The notes under the pieces: model-generated
The model's input: only the letters and a program-made list of their open reading frames with translations
Database searches by the model: none
What the model was told of the DNA's origin: nothing
Part shown: positions 8,375-17,916 of the stretch, in pieces
How the letters are laid out: each line of letters starts with the position of its first letter
How positions within the stretch are numbered: position 1 is the stretch's first letter
Origin: Alphaproteobacteria bacterium
GTDB lineage: Bacteria; Pseudomonadota; Alphaproteobacteria; UBA7887
Direction of reading: 5' to 3'
Length of the DNA stretch: 64,000 nucleotides
Assembly (NCBI GenBank): GCA_965201155.1
Contig: OZ241752.1
Span: 2,127,047-2,191,046, forward strand
Made by a program: the position numbers and the translations under genes

Positions 8375-9670
8375 ATGACCGACGATAAACCGCAGCCGCC
8401 CGTTCCGGCGAGTTTCTGGCAATATGTGCGTTCCCTCGGCCCCGGTCTGGTCGTCGCGCTGACTTGGCTTGGTGCCGGCGATCTCGTTGACTCCGCGGTC
8501 GCCGGCGGAAATTACGGCTACACGCTGATGTGGGCGATGGCGCTTGCCCTGTTCGTGCGCTTTGTCTTCGTGTCCATCATCGCCAAATACCAACTATGCA
8601 ACCAGCATGGCGAAAGCGTGCTTTCGGGCCTCAAGCGCGTGCATCGCTGGATGCCGCTGTTCGTCGGCATCGTGGCGCTGATCTTCGGCCATATTTACGG
8701 GTCGTTCCTGGTGCGCGGCCTGGGTCTTGCCAGCGAAAAGCTGTTCGGGTTCGGCGACCCCCTGGCATGGTCGGTGTTCTGGGTCGCGGCCGGAGCGGTG
8801 TTTGTCTTCCGCGGGTATTACGGGCGGCTGGAAGCTGTGTTCTACGCCTTTCTCGCCCTGCTGAGCCTCTCGATCATTGGCGTGGCCGCGTGGAGCGGGC
8901 CAGACCCCGTGGCGGCGGCAAAGGGCGTCCTGCTGTTCGACATCCCCGAACAACAAGGCTCCTATGGTGCGCTGCTGGTCATAACGTCGCTGATCGGCGC
9001 CGTCGGCGGGTCGATCGCCAATCTGCTCTACCCCTATTTCATTCAACAAAAGGGATGGAAAGGGCCGCGCTACCGCCGCGTGCAGCTTTACGATCTCGCC
9101 TTTGGCGTCGGTGTGCTCGTGTTCCTGAACCTGTCGGTGTGGACGATCGGCGCCGAAGTCCTGCATGCGCGCGGCGAAACGATCGAAAGCCTGGACGATC
9201 TCGCCAAGCTGCTCACCATTGCGCTCGGCGATCTGGGCGCGCCGATCTTTTATGTCGGTGTGTTTGCAGCGGTGTACAGTTCGGTCATCGGCGTTGCGAT
9301 GGGGTTCGGCTATCTGTTTACCGACGCGGTGCGCGTACATCGTTCGGACACCGCGGTGCCGGCCGAGCCATTCGATGTCAGCGGCGCGCTCGTCTATCGC
9401 CTGGTCGTCGCGTGGTGCCTGTTTTCGCCGCTGGTGTGGAGCCTGCCGGGCGCGCCCGATTTCATTCTGCTGACGATTGTCGGCAATGCCGCATCGGTCA
9501 TCGTGCTGCCAGTGCTGTGCGGCGCCTTGTGGCTGATGACCGCGCGCGCGTCGCTGATCGGCGCAGCCTGGCGCAACACATGGTGGGAAAACGCTTTTCT
9601 GTCCTTGCTTTTCGTGCTTTCGATCTGGGGCGCCTGGCAGTCCGTCAAGGCAATCGCCGCCGCCCTGTAG
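8375..9670 (+). CDS. Divergent NRAMP (SLC11) family transporter lacking the canonical DPGN/MPH metal-site motifs
   Basis: 431 aa, about 11 TM segments. Clear collinear similarity to MntH TM1-TM2 (LGPGLVVALTWLGAGDLVDSAVAGGNYGYTLMWAMALA vs the MntH [36 protein letters not shown] pattern). DPGN is replaced by GAGD, and the TM6 MPH region reads GGSIANLLYPYF. Confidence 0.7.
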   Translation: MTDDKPQPPVPASFWQYVRSLGPGLVVALTWLGAGDLVDSAVAGGNYGYTLMWAMALALFVRFVFVSIIAKYQLCNQHGESVLSGLKRVHRWMPLFVGIVALIFGHIYGSFLVRGLGLASEKLFGFGDPLAWSVFWVAAGAVFVFRGYYGRLEAVFYAFLALLSLSIIGVAAWSGPDPVAAAKGVLLFDIPEQQGSYGALLVITSLIGAVGGSIANLLYPYFIQQKGWKGPRYRRVQLYDLAFGVGVLVFLNLSVWTIGAEVLHARGETIESLDDLAKLLTIALGDLGAPIFYVGVFAAVYSSVIGVAMGFGYLFTDAVRVHRSDTAVPAEPFDVSGALVYRLVVAWCLFSPLVWSLPGAPDFILLTIVGNAASVIVLPVLCGALWLMTARASLIGAAWRNTWWENAFLSLLFVLSIWGAWQSVKAIAAAL

Positions 9671-9683
9671 CAGGCTTCCGACG

Positions 9684-10229
9684 GTGAGCCATCGCCTGTT
9701 CGTCGGCCTGGCATTGCCGCCGCCGCTTCGCGCCGCCCTGCACGGGCTGCAGGGCGGGCTGCGGGGCGCGCGCTGGGTGGCGCCGGAAAATCTGCATCTG
9801 TCGCTGCGCTTTGTCGGGGAAGTGGACCGCCGCCAGGCCAACGACCTCGCCGAGGAACTGGCTTTCGTGCGCGCCGCGCCGTTCGGCTTGCGCCTGGCAG
9901 GCGCGGGGGTGTTCGGTTCCGGGCGGCGGCCGCGTGTCCTGTGGGCGGGGGTTGCCGCCGAGCCGGCGCTGGCGGCCCTGAAACGCCAGGTTGACGCCGC
10001 CTGCACGCGCGCCGGGTTCGGACCGGACGAACGCCGCTTCACCCCGCATATCACGCTGGCGCGCGTAAAAGGCGGTGCGCCCGGCGCTGCAGAAAGGCGC
10101 GCGAGCGGTCTGGCCGGCGCCGTGAGCGGAGAGTTTGCGGTCGATGCGTTCGTCCTGTTCGAAAGCCATCTCCGGGCCGAGGGCGCGCAATATAGCTGCG
10201 CGGCGCAGTATGCTCTGGAGGCGCCGTGA
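9684..10229 (+). CDS. thpR: RNA 2',3'-cyclic phosphodiesterase (2H phosphoesterase, LigT/ThpR)
   Basis: 181 aa with two H-x-[ST]-x motifs (HLSLRF ... HITLAR) about 80 residues apart. Confidence 0.8.
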   Translation: MSHRLFVGLALPPPLRAALHGLQGGLRGARWVAPENLHLSLRFVGEVDRRQANDLAEELAFVRAAPFGLRLAGAGVFGSGRRPRVLWAGVAAEPALAALKRQVDAACTRAGFGPDERRFTPHITLARVKGGAPGAAERRASGLAGAVSGEFAVDAFVLFESHLRAEGAQYSCAAQYALEAP

Positions 10230-10825
10230 ACGAATCGCTGACGACACTTGTCGCGGCGGCGCGTGCCTGCAACTTATGTGCAGACCGGCTGCCGCTCGGC
10301 CCGCGTCCGGTGCTGCGCGCCGCCGCTTCGGCGCGTCTGCTGATCATCGGCCAGGCGCCGGGAACGCGCGTTCATCAAACCGGCGTGCCGTGGAACGACG
10401 CATCGGGCAACCGCCTGCGCGACTGGCTGCTGATGACGCCGGATGTCTTCTATGACGAGAGCCGCGTGGCCATCATTCCGATGGGGTTATGCTATCCTGG
10501 CTGCAATCCGCGCGGCGGCGACCTCCCGCCGCGACCGGAATGCGCGCCTGCATGGCATGACAGGCTGCGTGCGTACTTGCCGGACGTGAAACTGACGATT
10601 CTGGCCGGCGGATATGCGCAGCGGCACTATCTCGGCGCGCGCGGAAAATCCACCGTTACCGAGACCGTGGCGGCGTGGCGGAGCTATCTGCCGGATTATG
10701 CGCCGCTGCCGCATCCGTCATGGCGCACGCGCGGCTGGGTGGCGCGCAATCGCTGGTTCGAGGCGGAATTGCTGCCCGATCTGCGCGCCCGTATCGCGCC
10801 GCTGACCGCCGATGGCGGGTCATGA
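10226..10825 (+). CDS. Uracil-DNA glycosylase superfamily protein (family 4-like)
   Basis: 199 aa. The CNLC Cys pair near the N-terminus and the LLIIGQAPG motif suggest family 4. GTG start overlaps the thpR stop (GTGA). Confidence 0.7.
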   Translation: MNESLTTLVAAARACNLCADRLPLGPRPVLRAAASARLLIIGQAPGTRVHQTGVPWNDASGNRLRDWLLMTPDVFYDESRVAIIPMGLCYPGCNPRGGDLPPRPECAPAWHDRLRAYLPDVKLTILAGGYAQRHYLGARGKSTVTETVAAWRSYLPDYAPLPHPSWRTRGWVARNRWFEAELLPDLRARIAPLTADGGS

Positions 10826-11551
10826 TTGCGCGATGGTGTCACGCGCTATAATGGCGCCATGAACATGCTTGCCGAGAGTGTGGAGGCGCTGTGCCGGTCG
10901 CATGGCGCCCACGGGGCCGCGTTTGCGCTTGATGAAGGGCGGCTTGTCCTGTCCGGGGCCGCGCCTGATATTGCCGCGCGGCGGCGCCTTGTCCGGGAGG
11001 CGGCGGCGCTGCCCGGCGTCACGTGCATTGTCGACCGGCTGCAGCTCGGGGATAGCGAACCGCGCGGCGACCGCGCCATTCGCGATTCCCTGCGCGATGC
11101 GTTTTATGCCGATACGGCATTCGAAAATTGCCAGTTGGTGGCCATTGACCGCGGCACGCCGACGGTTCTGCGCCGGCGTGCCGCGCCCATCGGCCGGGTG
11201 GTTTTCGAAATCGAGGACGGCGTGGTTAGTCTCGACGGGGCGCTGCCGCAGCACGCTCTGAAACAACGCGCCGGCCTTCATGCCTGGCGCGTAGGGGGGC
11301 GGCGCGATGTCATCAATGGCATCGCCGTGGAAGCGGAGGTGCCGCCGGAGGCGCTGGCGGAAGCGGTGCGCGGTGCGCTGGCCAGTGATCACGCGCTCGA
11401 CGCATCGGAACTCGCGGTGGAGGACGCGGAGTCGGGGGTGCGCCTGCTGGGGCGCACGCCGTCGGATGCGCAGCGCCGCCGCGCCGAGTGCAATGCGTGG
11501 TATATCGACGGCGTTGCGGATGTGATCAACGACATCGCCGCGGCGGCGTGA
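10826..11551 (+). CDS. BON-domain-like protein (three BON-like repeats), hypothetical
   Basis: 241 aa. It has repeated ...G..V..V.N.I.V segments (GVTCIVDRLQL; GRRDVINGIAVEAE; GVADVINDIAAA). Start is either TTG at 10826 or ATG at 10859. No signal peptide. Confidence 0.4.
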   Translation: MRDGVTRYNGAMNMLAESVEALCRSHGAHGAAFALDEGRLVLSGAAPDIAARRRLVREAAALPGVTCIVDRLQLGDSEPRGDRAIRDSLRDAFYADTAFENCQLVAIDRGTPTVLRRRAAPIGRVVFEIEDGVVSLDGALPQHALKQRAGLHAWRVGGRRDVINGIAVEAEVPPEALAEAVRGALASDHALDASELAVEDAESGVRLLGRTPSDAQRRRAECNAWYIDGVADVINDIAAAA

Positions 11552-12210
11552 CCGCGGCCGTGTCGTCGCGGCATCTGATCGACCCTGACGCACCGCCGGC
11601 GCCGTACTGGGACGAGGCGCGGCAGGCGCTTGCTGCGGCAGACCCGGTGCTGCGCGGCATTATTGCCGGTGCGCGCGGGGCGGTGCTGCGGCCGCGGCGT
11701 GACCCGTTTCATTCCCTCGCGCGATCGATTGTCGGCCAACAGATTTCGGTGAAGGCGGCAGAAACGGTCTGGCAGCGACTCGTGGAGTGTTGCGGCGCGG
11801 TAACCCCGGACGGGCTGGCGGGCAGGACCGAGGATGAACTTCGCGGCTGCGGCCTGTCGCGGCAGAAGGCGCGATATCTGGCCAGCCTGGCGGGGCATTT
11901 TGCCGACGGCTCGATCGATCCTGCGGCGCTGCGCCTGCTTGATGACGAAGCGGTGATCCGAAAATTATGCGAAGTGAAGGGAATTGGCCGCTGGACAGCC
12001 GAAATGTTTCTCATATTTCACATGTTGCGGCCTGATGTGCTGCCGCTGGCCGATATCGGGGTGCAGCGGGCAATCGCAAATTGCTATGGCGGCGGGGAGC
12101 GTCAGAATGCGGCTGCCATGCGCGCGATCGCCGAGCCGTGGCGCCCTTGGCGGTCGGTCGCCGTCTGGTATTTGTGGCGCAGCCTGGATGCTGTTCCGGT
12201 GGAGTACTAG
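11548..12210 (+). CDS. alkA: DNA-3-methyladenine glycosylase II family (HhH-GPD, AlkA-like, short form)
   Basis: About 220 aa counted from a GTG that overlaps the upstream stop (GTGA). HhH-GPD elements are present (SIVGQQISVKAAETVWQRL ... KGIGRWTAEMFLIFHMLRPDVLPLADIGV). Confidence 0.75.
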   Translation: MTAAVSSRHLIDPDAPPAPYWDEARQALAAADPVLRGIIAGARGAVLRPRRDPFHSLARSIVGQQISVKAAETVWQRLVECCGAVTPDGLAGRTEDELRGCGLSRQKARYLASLAGHFADGSIDPAALRLLDDEAVIRKLCEVKGIGRWTAEMFLIFHMLRPDVLPLADIGVQRAIANCYGGGERQNAAAMRAIAEPWRPWRSVAVWYLWRSLDAVPVEY

Positions 12211-12321
12211 ACCTTGCGCGCGACTCGCAGGATGTGTGGCTTTTTGCTATTGTCGCGCGCCTTGCAGCGAGGTGAAGCTAGCGGGGCCGACGGTGAACGG
12301 GTTCCAACAAGGGCGTGCCCG

Positions 12322-13446
12322 ATGCGCGAGCAAGTGAGATGGACAGCCGCTGCGGCGGCAATTTTTCTGATAGCGAGCGGCGCCGGGGCGCAGCAGGCGT
12401 CAATGGTCGGCGTCGATGAGGTTCGCTATGAGCCGCTGATGCAGACTCAGCCGGTTCTGGGGCGCTTCGTGGCGCGCCAGGGCGGTGATGTGGCGGCGCA
12501 GACCGCGGGGCCGGTGACGAAAATCCAGGCCGAAGTGGGTGATCGCGTCAAGCGGGGCGATGTGGTCGCGGTGCTTGATCTCGATCGCTTGCAATTGCAG
12601 GTCGACCTCGCGACCGCCAGCGAGCGCGAAATGTCCGCGCTTCTGAAGTCCGCCCGCGCACAGCTTGCCAAACGACGTCAGGAGCTGGAGCGACTCGACG
12701 GCATTCGCCAGTCGGCGGCGTTCAGCCAGGCGCGTTATGACGATGCGGTGCAGGATGCTGTTGCAGACGAGGCGGCGGTGGCCGCCGCCGGGGCCGGCCT
12801 GGCGCGGGTGCGCGTCAACCGCCGGCTTGCCGAGGACGATCTTGCGAACGGTACGGTGGTGGCGCCCTATAACGGCGTGGTGACGACGCGCCATACGGAA
12901 GTCGGCGCGTGGGTGGGTGTGGGTGACCCGTTGATCGCCCTGCTCAATGAGGATGATCTCGAAATCGAGGCGGATGTCCCGTACAACCGGATCGCCGGCT
13001 TGCAGCCCGGAACGGTGGTGACGGTCGTGCTTGCCGACAATTCTCCGCATCAGGGGATCGTTCGGGCGGTGGGGGCAGAGCAGAACCCGTTGACGCAAAC
13101 GCGGCGGGTGCGCTTTACGCCGTTGATCGAAGATGCGGAAGTGGCCAATGCGGCCGGCGAATCGGCATCGGTGAACCTGCCATTGGGGGCGCCGCGGCAA
13201 GTGATCAGCGTCCACAAGGACGCGGTCCTGAAACGACAGGGTCTGTCGCTGGTCTATGTCGTCAACTCCGACAGCGCAGCCGAAATCCGCCCGGTGGAAC
13301 TGGGTGAGGCCATCGGGCCGCGTTTTGAAGTGCTGGACGGTGTGGCGGCGGGCGAGATCGTGGTCGTGCGCGGAAATGAACGGCTGCGGCCCGGGCAGCC
13401 GGTGCAGATCGGGGAACCCGAAGAAGAGACAGGGGAGAGCGGCTGA
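12322..13446 (+). CDS. Efflux RND transporter periplasmic adaptor subunit (HlyD/MFP family)
   Basis: The ORF extends upstream to 12214. The likely start is the Met preceding a signal/TM segment (MREQVRWTAAAAAIFLIASGAGAQ). Coiled-coil and beta-barrel MFP architecture. Stop overlaps the permease start (ATGA). Confidence 0.8.
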   Translation: MREQVRWTAAAAAIFLIASGAGAQQASMVGVDEVRYEPLMQTQPVLGRFVARQGGDVAAQTAGPVTKIQAEVGDRVKRGDVVAVLDLDRLQLQVDLATASEREMSALLKSARAQLAKRRQELERLDGIRQSAAFSQARYDDAVQDAVADEAAVAAAGAGLARVRVNRRLAEDDLANGTVVAPYNGVVTTRHTEVGAWVGVGDPLIALLNEDDLEIEADVPYNRIAGLQPGTVVTVVLADNSPHQGIVRAVGAEQNPLTQTRRVRFTPLIEDAEVANAAGESASVNLPLGAPRQVISVHKDAVLKRQGLSLVYVVNSDSAAEIRPVELGEAIGPRFEVLDGVAAGEIVVVRGNERLRPGQPVQIGEPEEETGESG

Positions 13447-16400
13447 TGAACCTGATCCAGGGAGCCATTCAGCGCCCCATCGCGGTGCTTGCCGCGGTGA
13501 TGATGGTTATCATCTTCGGTCTGCTGGCATTGCAGCGCATTCCCATTCAATTGGCGCCGGACGTGAACAAGCCGGTGATTACCGTGCTGACCTATTGGCC
13601 GGGCGCTTCGCCCTATGAGGTGGAGCGTGAAATTCTCAACCGCCAGGAAGAAAAACTTCGCGGTATTGAAGGGCTGGTGGAAACCGAGGGAACGGCGCAG
13701 GACGGGCGCGCGGAAATCAAGCTGCAGTTTGCGCTGGGCATCAATATGGACCGCGCCGTGCTGCTGGTCTCCAACCGTCTCGACCAAGTGGAGGAATATC
13801 CCGACGAAGCGCTGCGGCCGACAATCTCCACCACCGGCCTGAGCGACAATCCCATCGCCTGGTTCATCATCACCCGCACGCCGGGCAATGACCGCCCGGT
13901 GGAGAGCTATGGCGACTTCGTGGAGGATGTGATCCAGGAGCGTCTCGAGCGCGTCAGGGGCGTTGCTGCATCGAACCTTTACGGCGGCAGCGAGCGTGAA
14001 ATGCGCGTCGTTATCGATCCCGACCTGATGGCGCGTTACGGCCTGACGGTCGACGATGTGGTTTTCGCACTGCGGTCGGCCAATGCATCCGTGTCCGCTG
14101 GTGATGTCGAGGAAGGCAAGCGCCGCTATGTGGTGCGCGCGGAGGGCGAATTCGAGACCATCGAGCAGGTGCGCAAGGTGGTGCTGACGAGCGAGGAAAG
14201 CCTCATCACCGGCCGCATCGGGCGCGTGACCGTGGGCGATATCGCCGAGGTCCGGTTCGACTACAAGGAGCCGCGCGCGAATATTCGCTTCCTCGCCGAA
14301 GAGTCACTGGCGGTGAACGCGGTGCGCAGCAATGGCGCCAATGTCATCGAGACGATGGAAGGGATCGCCGAGGCGGTCGAGGAACTGAGCGAATCGGCGC
14401 TGCCCGAGGCCGGGCTGATCATGCGCCAGGTCTATGATGAAACGATCTACATCAAGTCCTCGATCTCGCTGGTGCGCCAGAACATATGGGTTGGCGGTAC
14501 GCTGGCGGCGATCATATTGCTGATCTTCCTGCGTTCGGTGCGGGCGACGCTGGTGGTCTCGCTGGCGATTCCGATTTCCGTGGTGGCGGCCTTTGTCGCC
14601 ATGGCGGCGATGGGCCGCTCCATCAATGTCATTTCGCTGGCGGGCATCGCCTTCGCTGTCGGCATGGTTGTCGATGCGGCAATTGTGGTGCTCGAAAATA
14701 TCTATCGTCACCGGGAACTCGGGCTGAGACCTGTGGAGGCCGCCTTCAAGGGCGCGACGCAGGTATGGAGCGCCGTCATGGTGTCGGCGCTCACCACCGT
14801 TCTGGTGTTCATCCCCATCCTGATCATGGAACTGGAGGCGGGGCAGTTGTTCCGCGACATTGCCGTGGCGATTTCGGTGGCGGTGCTGGCCTCGCTGGTA
14901 GTGTCGATCACGGTCATCCCGGCCCTGTCGAACGTGCTGCTCAGGCGTGCCATTGTCACCGAGACGCGTATCCGCCTGCCGCTGATCGACCATTTTGCGC
15001 GGCTCGTCGCCGCAGCAATCATGGGTTATGCGTGGTTGGTGATCCGGTCGCGCGCCCTGGCGCTGGTGTGCATCGGCGGTTTGATCGTCGGCACGGGTCT
15101 TGTCACTTGGCAGTTGATGCCCAAGCTGGAATATCTGCCGGCGGGCAACCGCAACTTGATCTTCGGCATCATGATCCCGCCACCGGGATACAATCTGGAC
15201 ACGATGACGGAAATCGGTCGCCGGGTGGAAAACCGCGTGCGGCATCTGTGGGGCAGCGAGACCGGGGCCGAGCCGGACCCGGGCGGACCGCCGAAAATCC
15301 GCAATTATTTCTTCGTTGCATTTCCGTCACGCACTATTTTTGGCGCTGGGACCTATCCGGAGACTGCGGACCGCGTGTCGGAACTCATTCCCATCCTCCA
15401 GCAATCGTTGGCGGGAGAACCAGGAACGATCGGATTCTTCACCCAGCCCAGCCTGTTCGACCGCGACATTTCCGGCGGGCGCGCCATCAAGCTGGATATT
15501 TCCGGCCCCGACCTCGAAGACGTGGTGCAGGTTTCGCAACAGGCATTCGGTTTGACCATGGCCGCCCTGCCGCGCCAGAATGGCAACCAGGTTCGCCCCA
15601 TACCAGGGATCGAACTCGGATCGCCGGAACTGCGCGTGGTGCCGGACCGCGTGCGGCTGGCAGATAACGGCGTTTCAGCGCAGGCGTTGGGGCTGAGTAT
15701 CGACGCCTTCAATGACGGATTGCGTGTGGATGAGATCACTGTTGACGGCCGTCGCACCGATCTCACGCTGCGCGGCCCCGAGGACAAGATCGACCGCACC
15801 CAGGGAATCAACAATTTGCCGGTGGTTACTGCCACCGGGCAGATATTACCGGTGCAAATGCTCGCCGATGTGCAACTGACCTCGGGGCCGACGGAAATCC
15901 GCCACCTCGAGCGGGAGCGCACCATCACGCTGGTAATCGGTCCGGCGCCGGAAATCTCGCTTGAAGAGGCGATCGAGATCGTCCAGTCGCAAGTGATCGA
16001 AAAATTGCAGGCGGGGGGCCTGCCTTCGGGCGTGCGGTTACGCATGTCCGGCTCCGCCGCGCAGCTCGACGTAACCTTCGACGCCATGGTTACCAATCTG
16101 ATCGTCGCGGTGATCATCGTCTATCTGCTGATGGCAGTGCTGTTCGAGAGTTTCCTCTATCCGTTCATCATCATGCTGTCGGTGCCGTTGGCGACTGCCG
16201 GCGGCATGATCGGGCTGTTCATGCTCAACATCTATCTGGCCGCGTCGGGCAAGATGCAACCGCTGGATATGCTCACCATGCTGGGGTTCATAATCCTCGT
16301 CGGAATTGTGGTGAACAACGCGATCCTGCTTGTCGATCAGACGCTCAAGCTTATTCGCGATGAAGGGATGCGACCGGACGAGGCAATTCTCGAATCCACA

Positions 16401-16667
16401 CGCAACCGATTACGGCCCATTTTCATGTCCACCCTGACCAGTATTTTCGGCATGATGCCGCTGGTTCTGGTGCCGGGTGCGGGGTCGGAACTCTATCGCG
16501 GCCTGGGGTCGGTGGTGGTTGGCGGCCTGTCGCTTTCCGCGGCGCTCACCCTGCTTATCATTCCAGCGCTGTTGTCGGTCTTCATTCCCAAACATGCCGC
16601 GCCGCGCGCGGAAGCGGACGAAGATACGCTGGTGCTGCAACCAGCCGCTGCCGGCGCCGCCGAATAA
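13446..16667 (+). CDS. Efflux RND transporter permease subunit (AcrB/HAE1-like)
   Basis: 1073 aa, 12 TM segments with two large periplasmic loops. Typical N-terminus (MNLIQGAIQRPIAVLAAVMMVIIFGLLALQRIP). Confidence 0.9.
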   Translation: MNLIQGAIQRPIAVLAAVMMVIIFGLLALQRIPIQLAPDVNKPVITVLTYWPGASPYEVEREILNRQEEKLRGIEGLVETEGTAQDGRAEIKLQFALGINMDRAVLLVSNRLDQVEEYPDEALRPTISTTGLSDNPIAWFIITRTPGNDRPVESYGDFVEDVIQERLERVRGVAASNLYGGSEREMRVVIDPDLMARYGLTVDDVVFALRSANASVSAGDVEEGKRRYVVRAEGEFETIEQVRKVVLTSEESLITGRIGRVTVGDIAEVRFDYKEPRANIRFLAEESLAVNAVRSNGANVIETMEGIAEAVEELSESALPEAGLIMRQVYDETIYIKSSISLVRQNIWVGGTLAAIILLIFLRSVRATLVVSLAIPISVVAAFVAMAAMGRSINVISLAGIAFAVGMVVDAAIVVLENIYRHRELGLRPVEAAFKGATQVWSAVMVSALTTVLVFIPILIMELEAGQLFRDIAVAISVAVLASLVVSITVIPALSNVLLRRAIVTETRIRLPLIDHFARLVAAAIMGYAWLVIRSRALALVCIGGLIVGTGLVTWQLMPKLEYLPAGNRNLIFGIMIPPPGYNLDTMTEIGRRVENRVRHLWGSETGAEPDPGGPPKIRNYFFVAFPSRTIFGAGTYPETADRVSELIPILQQSLAGEPGTIGFFTQPSLFDRDISGGRAIKLDISGPDLEDVVQVSQQAFGLTMAALPRQNGNQVRPIPGIELGSPELRVVPDRVRLADNGVSAQALGLSIDAFNDGLRVDEITVDGRRTDLTLRGPEDKIDRTQGINNLPVVTATGQILPVQMLADVQLTSGPTEIRHLERERTITLVIGPAPEISLEEAIEIVQSQVIEKLQAGGLPSGVRLRMSGSAAQLDVTFDAMVTNLIVAVIIVYLLMAVLFESFLYPFIIMLSVPLATAGGMIGLFMLNIYLAASGKMQPLDMLTMLGFIILVGIVVNNAILLVDQTLKLIRDEGMRPDEAILESTRNRLRPIFMSTLTSIFGMMPLVLVPGAGSELYRGLGSVVVGGLSLSAALTLLIIPALLSVFIPKHAAPRAEADEDTLVLQPAAAGAAE

Positions 16668-16744
16668 CCCGCGAAACGTGGGGTAACGCGAGGGGGAGCA
16701 GCAGAACGCGCAGTGATCCGGAGCGAATGATGCGGCGCGGCCGT

Positions 16745-17785
16745 TCATTCGCGGTCGGACACGCCCGCTTCCGCAAATGTGGCCATGCCGGCATGTGCGG
16801 CCAGCGCCGCCTTCACCAGCAGCGCTGCGAGCACGGCGCCGGAGCCTTCCCCCAGCCGCAAGCCCAGATCAAGCAGGGGAGTGAGGCCCAACCGCTGCAG
16901 CAGGCGGCCATGCGCCGCCTCTGCGGAGCAATGGCCGGCCAGGCAATGATCCAGCGCACCAGGTGCTGCGCGCGCCAGCACGGCGGCCGCAGCGCAGCAT
17001 ATGAAGCCGTCCAGCAGCACGGGCACCTTCTTGCAGCGCGCGCTGAGCACAGCGCCGGCCAGCGCGGCGAGTTCGCGCCCGCCCAGCCGCCGCAGCGCTT
17101 CCAGCGGGTGCGCCAGCGCGGCGCCGTGGCGCGCCAGTCCGTCCGCCGCCACTGCCTGCTTGCGCGCAAGGCCGGCGTCGTCAACGCCGGTGCCGCGCCC
17201 CGTCCAGTCTTCGGGTGCGCCGCCGAACAGTGCGAGGCATAAGGCCGCCGCCGCAGTGCTGTTGCCGATCCCCATTTCGCCGAGACACAACAGGTCGGCG
17301 GCGGGGTCTACCTGGTTGAAACCCATGCTGAAAGCGGCGGCGCAGTCTTCTTCACTCATCGCGGGTTGTTCGGTGAAATCCGCTGTAGGCGAAGCGAGCG
17401 CCAGCGGCGTCACCGTCAGTTCTGCGCCGGCGATGTCGCAAAGCTGGTTGATTGCCGCTCCGCCGGCAGCGAAATTCGCTACCATCTGCGCCGTCGCGGC
17501 AGCGGGATAGGCAGAAACGCCGCGCGCCGCGACACCGTGATTGCCGGCAAACAGCAGTGTCTGGATACAGTCCGCACGCGCCGGATGGCGGCCTTGCCAA
17601 GCCGCCGTCCACTCGGCGATATCTTCAAGCCGTCCCAGCGAACCCGGTGGTTTGGTCAACTGCGCAGTGCGCGTGCGCGCCGCCCCTGCCGCCTGCCGGT
17701 CCGGCCCGGGCAAAGCAGCCAAGAGGCGGCGAACAGAGTTGAAATCCGGGAAATTCGTCCCGTGCGATGGGTCGGCGCCAGTCAT
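16745..17785 (-). CDS. cobT: Nicotinate-nucleotide--dimethylbenzimidazole phosphoribosyltransferase
   Basis: The ORF extends to 17845. The probable start is the internal Met (MTGADPSH...) at 17785, giving 346 aa. Conserved KPPGSLGRLEDIAEW and GEMGIGNSTAAAAL motifs. Confidence 0.85.
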   Translation of the reverse strand: MTGADPSHGTNFPDFNSVRRLLAALPGPDRQAAGAARTRTAQLTKPPGSLGRLEDIAEWTAAWQGRHPARADCIQTLLFAGNHGVAARGVSAYPAAATAQMVANFAAGGAAINQLCDIAGAELTVTPLALASPTADFTEQPAMSEEDCAAAFSMGFNQVDPAADLLCLGEMGIGNSTAAAALCLALFGGAPEDWTGRGTGVDDAGLARKQAVAADGLARHGAALAHPLEALRRLGGRELAALAGAVLSARCKKVPVLLDGFICCAAAAVLARAAPGALDHCLAGHCSAEAAHGRLLQRLGLTPLLDLGLRLGEGSGAVLAALLVKAALAAHAGMATFAEAGVSDRE

Positions 17786-17916
17786 CGGCCGACAATATAC
17801 CTGCCGCGGCAGTTGCGGTAGCTCTGTCAACATAATGGGGGGCAACCTGGCGGAAGCCCCCCAAGGCCCGACAGATGGCTGACAGTCCGTCGGGGTTCGA
17901 CACCGAGTTCCCAGCG

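Noticed and set aside
17846-17916. Cobalamin riboswitch upstream of cobT
   Set aside because: The intergenic space is only about 70 nt, which is too short for a B12 element.
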